Of a stretch of 64,000 nucleotides of DNA, positions 48,406 through 56,242 are shown in pieces. This stretch comes from a virus. Under the pieces are notes generated by a model. The model did not search any database. It saw only the letters and a program-made list of their open reading frames with translations, and had not been told where the DNA came from. Every line of letters begins with the position of its first letter. Position 1 is the stretch's first letter. The position numbers and the translations under genes were made by a program. The stretch is from IMG/VR virus record IMGVR_UViG_3300005613_000006, positions 96,001 through 160,000 of that record; one strand, given 5' to 3'.

Positions 48406-49007
48406 TGATTTTGTTTCGACCAATATCCGCGCGGTGGCTTGTTTATACCATACGTCTTACACCACTTTTCAATCGCCTTATCACTCACACCCAAGTTTTT
48501 AGCTAGTTGAGATGTGGGTCTTTGCCACACTAATTTTTCCAGTTCTTGTTTAGTTGGTCTATCAACTTTTCTGGTGTTTGGTCTTGGTTTAGAAGAAATC
48601 CTTTTGCCAAGTTCTTGTGGAGTCTTTTTGGTTGCGTAGTCAGTAAAATTTAGAAAATCTTCATACCACCAAAAGGAACATGCGTTATCAGGAATTGTTG
48701 TTTGTAGTGTTATTCCGCCCAGAAGTATTGACGGATATGCTACTTTGTCTACTGTTGGTAAATATACAGCATAATAATCAAAATCATTACTATTGTATGT
48801 ATATTTGCCTTTGCGGGTCATAGAATAATTTCTCACAATGCCATTGCTAGCGTATTTTACCTGTAATCTCCACACTGTTTCTTGTAAGCATAATAAGTCT
48901 GCCTTGGGGTGGTCGTTAATTGGCAAGTATACTTCATAATGTTTGCCAATCAAGTCAGCAATCACTTTTGCTAATGCAATGTCGCCCTTGGTATTTGTGT
49001 CGTTCAT
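48402..49007 (-). CDS. PD-(D/E)XK endonuclease with C-terminal HTH
   Basis: KGDIA, ADL...RLQVKY; PPRGYW. Confidence 0.82.
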   Translation of the reverse strand: MNDTNTKGDIALAKVIADLIGKHYEVYLPINDHPKADLLCLQETVWRLQVKYASNGIVRNYSMTRKGKYTYNSNDFDYYAVYLPTVDKVAYPSILLGGITLQTTIPDNACSFWWYEDFLNFTDYATKKTPQELGKRISSKPRPNTRKVDRPTKQELEKLVWQRPTSQLAKNLGVSDKAIEKWCKTYGINKPPRGYWSKQNQ

Positions 49008-49053
49008 TTGAACCTACCTTTCTGTATACATTATACACCAAAGTAAGTTCGAG

Positions 49054-49125
49054 AGCGCCTAGAGGAAATCGAATCCTTCTCTTCAACCATGGCAAGGTTG
49101 CGTGCGACCATCACACTGTAGGCGC
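49054..49125 (-). tRNA. tRNA-Gly(GCC)
   Basis: Cloverleaf. Confidence 0.85.
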
Positions 49126-49126
49126 T

Positions 49127-49279
49127 TATAGTCCAAGGAATGATAGCAGTCCAAAGATTTTCAACAATACTATCAGGCTAAATAATGCACCTAAGCCAGA
49201 AGTAATCGTCCGTATCAATTCCATAAAATGATTGTGCTTATCTAACCATAGTTCTGTTCGGCTTCGTCTTCGTTGCATG
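49127..49279 (-). CDS. small membrane protein (50 aa)
   Basis: MQRRRSRTELWLDKHNHFMELIRT followed by TM segment; GGAG SD. Confidence 0.55.
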
Positions 49280-49295
49280 ATAGACTACTCCGAAG

Positions 49296-49386
49296 CGGAA
49301 GAGGGGGGAATCGAACCCAAACCGTCCCGATTTTACGGGAACTGCATTAGCGGTGCAGCAGGGCTACCAACAGCCGTGACTCTTCC
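49296..49386 (-). tRNA. tRNA-Ser(GCT), C33
   Basis: Long V arm. Confidence 0.8.
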
Positions 49387-49408
49387 GAATCAAATGTATG
49401 AAGTTTAG

Positions 49409-49480
49409 TGGGCGAACAGGGAATCGAACCCCGGTTTGTTGGGTGTAAACCAACTGCACTGGCCATTGTACTACACGCCC
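49409..49480 (-). tRNA. tRNA-Val(TAC)
   Basis: Cloverleaf. Confidence 0.92.
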
Positions 49481-49481
49481 G

Positions 49482-49586
49482 TGGTGAGACCCGACCGGGA
49501 GTTGAACCCGGCTCTAGCCACCATGTTGTAATAGACGGACTCGAACCGCCTGCTAGGGGGAGCTACCCCATCTCCAAGCAAGTCTC
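49482..49586 (-). ncRNA. tRNA-like RNA with two T arms and encoded CCA
   Basis: GAGACTT/GGGTCTC-A-CCA; GGCGG-TTCGAGT-CCGTC and CCGGG-TTCAACT-CCCGG. Confidence 0.6.
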
Positions 49587-49589
49587 AAG

Positions 49590-49690
49590 TGGGGAGCGGG
49601 GGAATCGAACCGCCACGGCGTCCTCCATGTTTGTATTATGCCAACAAGGGTACTATGGCGCGCTTGCCTTGTCACATGGAACACACCCCA
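49590..49690 (-). ncRNA. tRNA-like RNA without a canonical anticodon arm
   Basis: TGGGGTG acceptor, T loop, TCCATGT/ACATGGA inner stem. Confidence 0.5.
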
Positions 49691-49698
49691 TTCTCAAG

Positions 49699-49787
49699 TG
49701 GGAGATAAGGGAATTGAACCCCCTGGCCGACCACCTAGCATCTTATAAGGCCATCTGATTTACAGTCAGACGCTAGGAATACCTCCC
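49699..49787 (-). tRNA. tRNA-Tyr(GTA) lacking a D arm
   Basis: TCTGA-CTGTAAA-TCAGA; CCTAGC complementary to GCTAGG in the variable loop. Confidence 0.75.
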
Positions 49788-50173
49788 GTTTTATATTGTT
49801 GATACTTCTTGCCTAGATTGATGCGATTTACACATTTTACAATACTTGTCGGTATTGAATATGAATCACCATTATCACATAAAACAAAAAGTAGGTCAAC
49901 TTGTTTTGGGTTGAACTTCTTGACTACTCCACCCCAACTTTGATTGCCTCCGCAGACCCTCAAGCCCGCTGAGTATACTCCGTATGGAGTTTGTGATGCC
50001 GTAGACTTGACTTGCACCTTGTTAAGTTTCTTACCGTCGTCAACAATCAAGTCATAGTCTTGGCTATCAGTGAGAGGAATACACACTGTATAACCTTGTT
50101 GGGTGTAGTATGCAATCGCAGCACCTAACCCAACGTCACCTTGCTGCTTACTGTTTTTGGTATTCTCAAACAT
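49766..50173 (-). CDS. PD-(D/E)XK homing endonuclease
   Basis: QGDVG, YDLIVD...KVQVKS; paralog of 42425. Confidence 0.85.
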   Translation of the reverse strand: MFENTKNSKQQGDVGLGAAIAYYTQQGYTVCIPLTDSQDYDLIVDDGKKLNKVQVKSTASQTPYGVYSAGLRVCGGNQSWGGVVKKFNPKQVDLLFVLCDNGDSYSIPTSIVKCVNRINLGKKYQQYKTGGIPSV

Positions 50174-50230
50174 AGTAGTTTCCTCCTACTATATTATACA
50201 CCAAACAGCGGAGTAATACACTCTTCTAGG

Positions 50231-50300
50231 TGGACACGTCGGGACTCGAACCCGTCATTCTCGGTGCAAACGAGACATGCTCCCATTACATCAACGGCCC
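50231..50300 (-). tRNA. tRNA-Ala(TGC), bulged acceptor stem
   Basis: Cloverleaf. Confidence 0.75.
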
Positions 50301-50440
50301 ATCGTAGCCCGTAACGTGGGCTAATCGGGGGACGACTCAAGAGCCGCCTTCACCACCAACTTTTGACAGAAGTTGGAAACTGGGAGGGTAGCCGAAGCCA
50401 CTCCCACCGCCACCAGTTCTTTATGGAAACTGGAAACCAG

Positions 50441-50513
50441 CGACCCTAGCGGGAATTGAACCCGCGTCGAGAGGTTGAAAGCCTCACATCCTAGTCCACT
50501 AGAAGATAGGGCC
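50441..50513 (-). tRNA. tRNA-Glu(TTC)
   Basis: Cloverleaf. Confidence 0.92.
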
Positions 50514-50579
50514 ATGTTTTGGATGGTAGCCCTTTCAATGCTACTTTTAGGGTACGGCCTCACGGCAGGCACATCCAAG

Positions 50580-50652
50580 CACCGGGTAGAGGACTCGAAC
50601 CTCAAACTAGCGGTTTAACAGACAGCCGTGCTACCTATTACACCAGCCCGGT
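50580..50652 (-). tRNA. tRNA-Asn(GTT)
   Basis: Cloverleaf. Confidence 0.85.
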
Positions 50653-51063
50653 ATGTTTTTTCACTCTGTCAATCAATTTCTGAGGGACTTCCACTATACC
50701 CTCTTCAACTTCCGCATGGTAGTTGCTACAGACTAAGATGCACTTCCTAGCTTCTGCTAATGCTCTGTCCCAACCTCGGGTCTGCCCTCCCATTGACAAT
50801 CCAAACTCTTTTGTCTCTGGAAAAACGTGATGAAACCCCAACGCCCGCTCACATTTATCATAGCCACATAGTTCGCATTGTCCCCCAAAGTGTTTAACCA
50901 GCTTCGGCTTGAGATTCTTGCGATACCGAGCAACCTTTTCCACCCGACACTTCTTGCAACGAAAGGTGCTTCCCTCTGCCACATGCTCAGTCAGGCCGTG
51001 CTTCTTACATTGGAAAAAAGGCGACAAGTTAGTTGGCCGACATTTCTTGATATTTGGAATCAT
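50638..51063 (-). CDS. small HNH endonuclease (C-to-Y change in CxNC motif)
   Basis: ALGFHHV...KCILVCSNYH. Confidence 0.8.
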   Translation of the reverse strand: MIPNIKKCRPTNLSPFFQCKKHGLTEHVAEGSTFRCKKCRVEKVARYRKNLKPKLVKHFGGQCELCGYDKCERALGFHHVFPETKEFGLSMGGQTRGWDRALAEARKCILVCSNYHAEVEEGIVEVPQKLIDRVKKHTGLV

Positions 51064-51085
51064 GTAGTCGTGCCTTGCATTCGCC
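51020..51085 (-). ncRNA. minimal Y RNA-like RNA 4
   Basis: GGCGAATG...CGACTACATG / GTCG...TTGTCGCC followed by U-tract; starts 5 nt after TATAAT. Confidence 0.65.
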
Positions 51086-51090
51086 GTTAT

Positions 51091-51118
51091 ATTATAGCCT
51101 GAGAATTGGTTTTGTCAA
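51091..51118 (-). promoter_or_regulatory. sigma70 promoter TTGACA-N16-TATAAT
   Basis: Perfect consensus hexamers. Confidence 0.85.
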
Positions 51119-51162
51119 CCACCTTCTCAGAATTTTTTCACCATTCGCTTGGTGCATACTAG

Positions 51163-51190
51163 ATTATACACCGCAAATCGCTGTTGTCAA
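51163..51190 (-). promoter_or_regulatory. promoter TTGACA-N16-TATAAT including the GGTG extension
   Basis: Perfect consensus hexamers. Confidence 0.85.
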
Positions 51191-51193
51191 CCC

Positions 51194-51232
51194 AAAAAAA
51201 ACGGGCGGTCGGAAATTTCTCCCGCCGCCCGT
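51194..51232 (-). terminator. intrinsic terminator
   Basis: ACGGGCGG...CCGCCCGT hairpin followed by T-run. Confidence 0.8.
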
Positions 51233-51266
51233 GAATAGTGGTCGTTCTAAACGAGGATTCGTCCTC

Positions 51267-52064
51267 TTACTGCACTATTGGGGGTTGCGGTCGAACAGCG
51301 TTCTCGCTGGCTTCGCCTGGGGATACGCCACCGGCACCATCAGGAGTGATACCATCACCAACTGGTACGGATGGGGTAGACACGTCACGCAAGCGGTCTT
51401 CGGTGAAGAACGCATTGTATGGATGGTCTAGCCACTCATACACTGGAATGCTGGCGCTTGGGTTGTAGCCCGTAAAGTCTTCTGGCTTCAACAGGAAGTC
51501 AGGAGCCTTCGCTAGTTCCAAGTCGGCATTGAACAGTTCCACAGCCATCAAACGATAGGCTTCGCGGAACGGTTTCTTCATTTCGGTCGCGCTAACGGTC
51601 GTCCAGTCGTTTGTCCAGGTATTGGCTTCGGCCATCTGAACCAGATTGCCAAGACCATACAAGTACAACTCAATCCAACGCTTGCACCAGCGGTTCTTCA
51701 CGTCGAAGTAACGCACTGGGTAACGTCGGAACTTACGTCGAACCGGCGTAATGTGAGCGAAGTCCAATCGACTCTCATTGTCTTCTTTCGTTCGTGCGTC
51801 GATGAAACGATTCAATCGCACAAACATGTTGTGATGCGCCTTGACACAATCAATACTTGGTGGATTGTGTACGAAGAAATCGCGCATGTTGGACAGAGTA
51901 AGCATGTGACGGTTCACTGTCTCAAACAGTTCTGCCATAGCAGCGTTCTCTGTTTCCACGTTATCACCCAGGTTTACAATCGCCCAGGTAATGCCCTCGT
52001 ATGGGTAAGGCAAAATTGCATCATGCAATGCGATACCTGGGGCAACTACTACACTCTCAGCCAT
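51267..52064 (-). CDS. hypothetical protein, possibly structural
   Basis: 265-aa ORF. Confidence 0.7.
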   Translation of the reverse strand: MAESVVVAPGIALHDAILPYPYEGITWAIVNLGDNVETENAAMAELFETVNRHMLTLSNMRDFFVHNPPSIDCVKAHHNMFVRLNRFIDARTKEDNESRLDFAHITPVRRKFRRYPVRYFDVKNRWCKRWIELYLYGLGNLVQMAEANTWTNDWTTVSATEMKKPFREAYRLMAVELFNADLELAKAPDFLLKPEDFTGYNPSASIPVYEWLDHPYNAFFTEDRLRDVSTPSVPVGDGITPDGAGGVSPGEASENAVRPQPPIVQ

Positions 52065-52106
52065 AACACTCTCTCCTACTAGTAAAAAAACAGGTTAACC
52101 TTTGTC

Positions 52107-54293
52107 TTATTGTCTGCGTGGTTCACCCAAAATCTGCCGCACCAACTGAGGTACGCAGCTAAATCGTGCATCGTCTGGATGCCTCTTTGCAACTTCATCG
52201 ACTGCATTCAACACTGCTTGGGCGTCGTACAGGCGACCTGGAAATTCTGGAGGCACCGGGCCTTGACCTTGTTTAGGGTCATAATTCGCCATAACGTATG
52301 CTATTGGCATAGGCTCTATTGGCGGTGGCGGCTGTCGATAATCAGGATGCATTATTGGTGTCGGCTCTGGGGTTGGCACCGGCACTGGCGCTGGCTCACT
52401 GGTTGGTAGTGGCGGTGGAGTTGCTTTATGTTCTGGGAATCTCTTGTTAAAGAGCCCCACCAGAATGGCCTCAACCTTCTCTGCAATGTCGCGAGCCGCG
52501 TCACCATCGAGGCCAGCCTTGTCGGATGCTCCCTCGATTACGTCTTGAACTTTGTCAATCTTGGCCTTGCCTCGACGCTTGTACCAACATCGTCCTACAT
52601 AAGATAATACACCGATTCCCAGGATTCCGAGCAGTCCAGTGGCCACATTTCTATGATTTGTGACCGTTTTGGTCTTCAATTCTAGCTTATTCTTGGCTAA
52701 AATGACCACTCTAGCCTTGTCAACAATTTCTTCCATGTCCTTGCTTTGCTTGGTCACCAGACCCTTGAATTTGTCAACCAAGGCTCCAGATTCGGCCAAT
52801 TTGCTCTGGGTCGCATTGAACTCGCCAACCAACACGTCGTATTGTTGACGGGCCTCCATAAGTTTCTTATGCGATTCGCCGTACTTGTCTTTCCACTCAA
52901 GGGAATTCTCATACTTCTTAGCCAAGTCTTCAATCTCAGCCTTCAAAAGCATCAGTACAAACGCTTGTGCCTTAACCTTTCTCAAAGCCTCGTCGCGTTC
53001 CTCAATAGTTGACTGCAATTCTGCTTCCAGATTGGGATTGGCATACGGAGGCAATGTCTCTGGTGTTGGCTCTGGGGTTGTCTCGGGTTCTGGGTCCACT
53101 GGTCCAGGGATTGGCAGTGGCGCTGGATTGTCTGGCACTGGTAACTGCGGGTCTGGTCTTGGTGGAGCCGGTGTCGGCGTCTTGTCGTCTGGCAATGGTA
53201 TTGGAATTGGCGCTGGCCCTGGTATGTTGGGCTGCGGCGCGGGCGCGGGCGCGGGCGCGGGCGCTGGCCCTGGATTAAACGGTCGAATTGGGTCGCAAGG
53301 ATACGGGTTGCGTGGTCCTGGTTGACAATAGGGCCGCACAGGAACGAGTGGTCGTCTTGGTGCGTGCCTGGGAATTATGACGCCTGGACGGGCCTGCCAG
53401 ATACGGCGCAAGAACCAACACTTAATCGTGGTGCCCACTGGCACGTTAACAGAGCCGTCAAGATTCTTGAGGTAAAATCTACCGTCCCCACCCAACACAT
53501 ACGCATCCAAGAATGGTCTACCATCTGGGGCACATAGTTTGTCGGCGTTTGCTGGCAAACATACGTTGCAGTTCATAAAGTTGCTTGGGATGGCGCGTGG
53601 TCGATAAGGCTTCCCGGCCATAACCGTTCTAATCACCTTAATTGGAATAACCCCACCCAAGACATACTTCTTGGACTGCTTGTTCATAGAAATACGCCAA
53701 GTGATGATGCCTCCAACCCTAGTTTGTAGTTCGCCCTGCCTGTCTCTTACGTTAATCAACACCCCACTTCCGCTCTGACCCGGCAACACTTCTGAAATGT
53801 AGAAGCGCCAGTTCTCGGTGGCATACACGCGGCCTTTTCTTACCAGAGCATCGAGCCCCATTGGGCAAGTCCCGGTCATAAAGAACGTGTCTCTCTTTAT
53901 CTCTGCATTCTCATCTGCTAAGGGAATTATGCGAGGCTTGAAGTACCCAAGGTCTTTCTTCGGCACGGTAAGCAAAGCAAAGTCTACGTTGGTATTTGGA
54001 GTGAAACTCTTCCATACTAGCGTGGCGTTTGTGCCCTTGCTACGGTATCCGTTGCGGAAGAAGTACGTCTTGAACGCACGGTTGTTGTTTACAACATGAC
54101 CATTGGTAAATATCCAATACTTATCTGGGTCATCAGCAATACAAGTACCAGTCCCGGTAGACCACTTACCATCTGGCCTCTGGGCCGCAACTCGACAGGT
54201 TCCCTCCAAGACTTGCTCCATCGTCAATGGCTTAGCGTTTACAGCCGTAGCCACTGCAAAAATCAGGCACAAGGCCATAAGTAAGCGTTTCAT
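52107..54293 (-). CDS. exported trypsin-like protease with Pro-rich stalk, coiled coil and TM anchor
   Basis: TGT, TNGHV, VDFA, PGQSGSG; PAPAP repeats. Confidence 0.8.
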   Translation of the reverse strand: MKRLLMALCLIFAVATAVNAKPLTMEQVLEGTCRVAAQRPDGKWSTGTGTCIADDPDKYWIFTNGHVVNNNRAFKTYFFRNGYRSKGTNATLVWKSFTPNTNVDFALLTVPKKDLGYFKPRIIPLADENAEIKRDTFFMTGTCPMGLDALVRKGRVYATENWRFYISEVLPGQSGSGVLINVRDRQGELQTRVGGIITWRISMNKQSKKYVLGGVIPIKVIRTVMAGKPYRPRAIPSNFMNCNVCLPANADKLCAPDGRPFLDAYVLGGDGRFYLKNLDGSVNVPVGTTIKCWFLRRIWQARPGVIIPRHAPRRPLVPVRPYCQPGPRNPYPCDPIRPFNPGPAPAPAPAPAPQPNIPGPAPIPIPLPDDKTPTPAPPRPDPQLPVPDNPAPLPIPGPVDPEPETTPEPTPETLPPYANPNLEAELQSTIEERDEALRKVKAQAFVLMLLKAEIEDLAKKYENSLEWKDKYGESHKKLMEARQQYDVLVGEFNATQSKLAESGALVDKFKGLVTKQSKDMEEIVDKARVVILAKNKLELKTKTVTNHRNVATGLLGILGIGVLSYVGRCWYKRRGKAKIDKVQDVIEGASDKAGLDGDAARDIAEKVEAILVGLFNKRFPEHKATPPPLPTSEPAPVPVPTPEPTPIMHPDYRQPPPPIEPMPIAYVMANYDPKQGQGPVPPEFPGRLYDAQAVLNAVDEVAKRHPDDARFSCVPQLVRQILGEPRRQ
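53234..53265. repeat. (GCGGGC)n microsatellite encoding Pro-Ala repeat
   Basis: Seen directly. Confidence 0.8.
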
Positions 54294-54373
54294 ATTACCA
54301 CCTTTGATTTGGTTCTCTCTCTACTATATTATACACCAAAAAAAGTCACCATATAAGGAAGGAAATGGCAACT

Positions 54374-54655
54374 TTAGGCAAGTGGTCGGACCTGGAAGGT
54401 GTCTCGAATCATCAGAATGAAGTCTTCGTGAAGCCCTCGGGCCTCTGCTTCCAGCGATGCCATAACAGGATAGTCAGGCAAGAACATAAGAACAGCGGCT
54501 AGATTTTCAGCCGCTTCATGTTTACCACTTCTCTCAAAATCCCTGATAGCCGCTCTTATCCCTTTGATAATCTTGCGTCCATCAACACACGAACAGGCCA
54601 CGGTTGTGTCTCCCTGTTTAATGTAGCCCTTGCCTCCGCAAAATGGGCAGTTCAT
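54374..54655 (-). CDS. small Zn-finger protein
   Basis: MNCPFCGGKG...CSC. Confidence 0.6.
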   Translation of the reverse strand: MNCPFCGGKGYIKQGDTTVACSCVDGRKIIKGIRAAIRDFERSGKHEAAENLAAVLMFLPDYPVMASLEAEARGLHEDFILMIRDTFQVRPLA

Positions 54656-54900
54656 AGTCTCTCTCTTTGAGGTAGGAGTCAGTGGACGGCGCGGGAATTG
54701 AACCCGCGTCCTGCGATACCTCCAAAGCAAACGTCTACGTGTGTAGTTTGTTGTTAGGCTGCACAACAAACAAAGCTGTCTCGATGGTGGATATGCCTCT
54801 TGTTTTTTTAGGCACAAGAATAAGCCGTCCCGCGCTTGCCGTTAGGCTGCGCAGGCCAGAATGCCGTTATACTCGGCAGTTAAATTTGGTAGTCGATTTT

Positions 54901-55395
54901 TTATACACGATTCGCTTTTAAGTATTGGATTGCATTTTGTAGCAGGGCAATATCGTCCTGTAAAAAACCAATCCCGCGATTGCATTTGTTACACAACAGA
55001 CCTCGTATTTGTCCAGTCTGGTGGCAATGGTCTATTGCTAGTTTGCAATCTTTACCATGTCCAACTTCAACTCCACAGATTTGACATTGTTCACCGAATT
55101 TTGAAACAAGTTCTTCATATTGCGCAAGCGACTGAGCATCTAAGTGTATGCAATGATTACATTGATACTTGCCGTTGCTCAATAATTGTGGAAAGTTTGA
55201 CAATGGTAATAGTTTGCCACAGTTTTTACATGTGGCCTTGCCGTTTTTTGTATTCTTGGTTTTCGGTTTGTGCAAACCAAGATTAACGGCTTTGTAACGC
55301 AAGGTGGTATAGTTCATGCCAAGCTGACGAGCAGCTTTTCTTAAAGACATTCCACTTTTCACCAAGTTTACAATCTGTTGTTCAACTTCGGTCAT
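54901..55395 (-). CDS. endonuclease VII-type HNH with N-terminal HTH
   Basis: LAIDHCHQTGQIRGLLCNKCNRGIG; own promoter and SD. Confidence 0.92.
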   Translation of the reverse strand: MTEVEQQIVNLVKSGMSLRKAARQLGMNYTTLRYKAVNLGLHKPKTKNTKNGKATCKNCGKLLPLSNFPQLLSNGKYQCNHCIHLDAQSLAQYEELVSKFGEQCQICGVEVGHGKDCKLAIDHCHQTGQIRGLLCNKCNRGIGFLQDDIALLQNAIQYLKANRV

Positions 55396-55466
55396 TGGTG
55401 TTTCCTCCCTATTATTATACACCAGAACTGACCAAAATCGACCAATGCTTAAAAGCGAATCGTGTA
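54904..55466 (-). mobile_element. intervening sequence bounded by a 25-bp inverted repeat
   Basis: TACACGATTCGCTTTTAAGCATTGG (55466-55442) vs CCAATACTTAAAAGCGAATCGTGTA (54928-54904), 24/25 paired. Confidence 0.85.
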
Positions 55467-55537
55467 ACCGTGGCCCTTCGACCAACCACGACACGCGGTT
55501 CACAGCATCAGCACCCAGTCGAAACCTAAATGCCGCC

Positions 55538-55870
55538 CTAAACACTGTCTAACAAAGCAGCGACTTCCTCAACTGTCGCCTCGGCTCCTGTATGTAAGAT
55601 TGCGTCAACAACCTTGCCTCCATGTAGTCTAAACTCACGGAAGCCCATTTCTCGCCTAACACGACGAGCTAACGCCCGCTTCTCCAACCATGTTGGATTT
55701 TGTGCCATGAAAGATACCTCTTCTGAGGACTTACGGCAGCGGTCGCGAATCAGTGGAATCAAACCAATAGCAACTTCGGTAAGCAATAGCAAGAGCGCGG
55801 CGCTCAGTGCCACATTTTGCTCACCCGGTAGATTCAGAACTGTTCTCTCAGCAAAGTCTTCTGGTGTCAT
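55538..55870 (-). CDS. hypothetical membrane protein
   Basis: TM segment. Confidence 0.6.
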   Translation of the reverse strand: MTPEDFAERTVLNLPGEQNVALSAALLLLLTEVAIGLIPLIRDRCRKSSEEVSFMAQNPTWLEKRALARRVRREMGFREFRLHGGKVVDAILHTGAEATVEEVAALLDSV

Positions 55871-55897
55871 TGCTCTCTCTCTTTCTTTTCTAAACAG

Positions 55898-55971
55898 TCG
55901 GAATGACAGGATTTGAACCTGCGGCCTTCCGCCCCCCAGACGGACGCGCTACCAAGCTGCGCTACATTCCG
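55898..55971 (-). tRNA. tRNA-Pro(GGG)
   Basis: Cloverleaf. Confidence 0.93.
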
Positions 55972-56044
55972 TTATAATCTATATGCAGACGCCCACTTAC
56001 AAAGTTTGGTCTGAACCTCCTACTATTATTATACACCGCGACTG

Positions 56045-56242
56045 CTAATCCTTCTGGATTTCGCTGCCGATTTCCTTTACTTCATCCTCGACTTCCTTGA
56101 ACCCCTTCTTGAAGGAGGGTATCGCCTGCCCCACTGAACGGGCAACTTTTGGAAGCTGCGAGCCGAACAAGAGGACGGCCACGATGCCGATAATGACAAG
56201 TTCAAAGGGTCCAGGGGTGAAAAAAGCAAACAGACTACTCAT
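56045..56242 (-). CDS. tatA: twin-arginine translocase TatA/E
   Basis: GPFELVIIGIVAVLLFGSQLPKVARSVG...FKKG. Confidence 0.9.
   Translation of the reverse strand: MSSLFAFFTPGPFELVIIGIVAVLLFGSQLPKVARSVGQAIPSFKKGFKEVEDEVKEIGSEIQKD

Larger units (their letters stand above)
54683..55538 (-). ncRNA. ssrA: tmRNA interrupted by an endonuclease cassette
   Basis: Acceptor GGGCGGC/GCCGTCC with G3:U70; GGTTTCGAC; pk1; tag AEYNGILACAA* (54842-54877); T arm. Confidence 0.92.

Noticed and set aside
54904-55466. Group I intron in tmRNA
   Set aside because: The ORF plus promoter fill nearly the whole insert, leaving no room or motifs for a P3-P7 core. The boundaries are a simple inverted repeat.
54901-55545. 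214-aa ORF as listed in the ORF track
   Set aside because: Its N-terminal extension is the tmRNA 5' part. The SD-supported start is at 55395.
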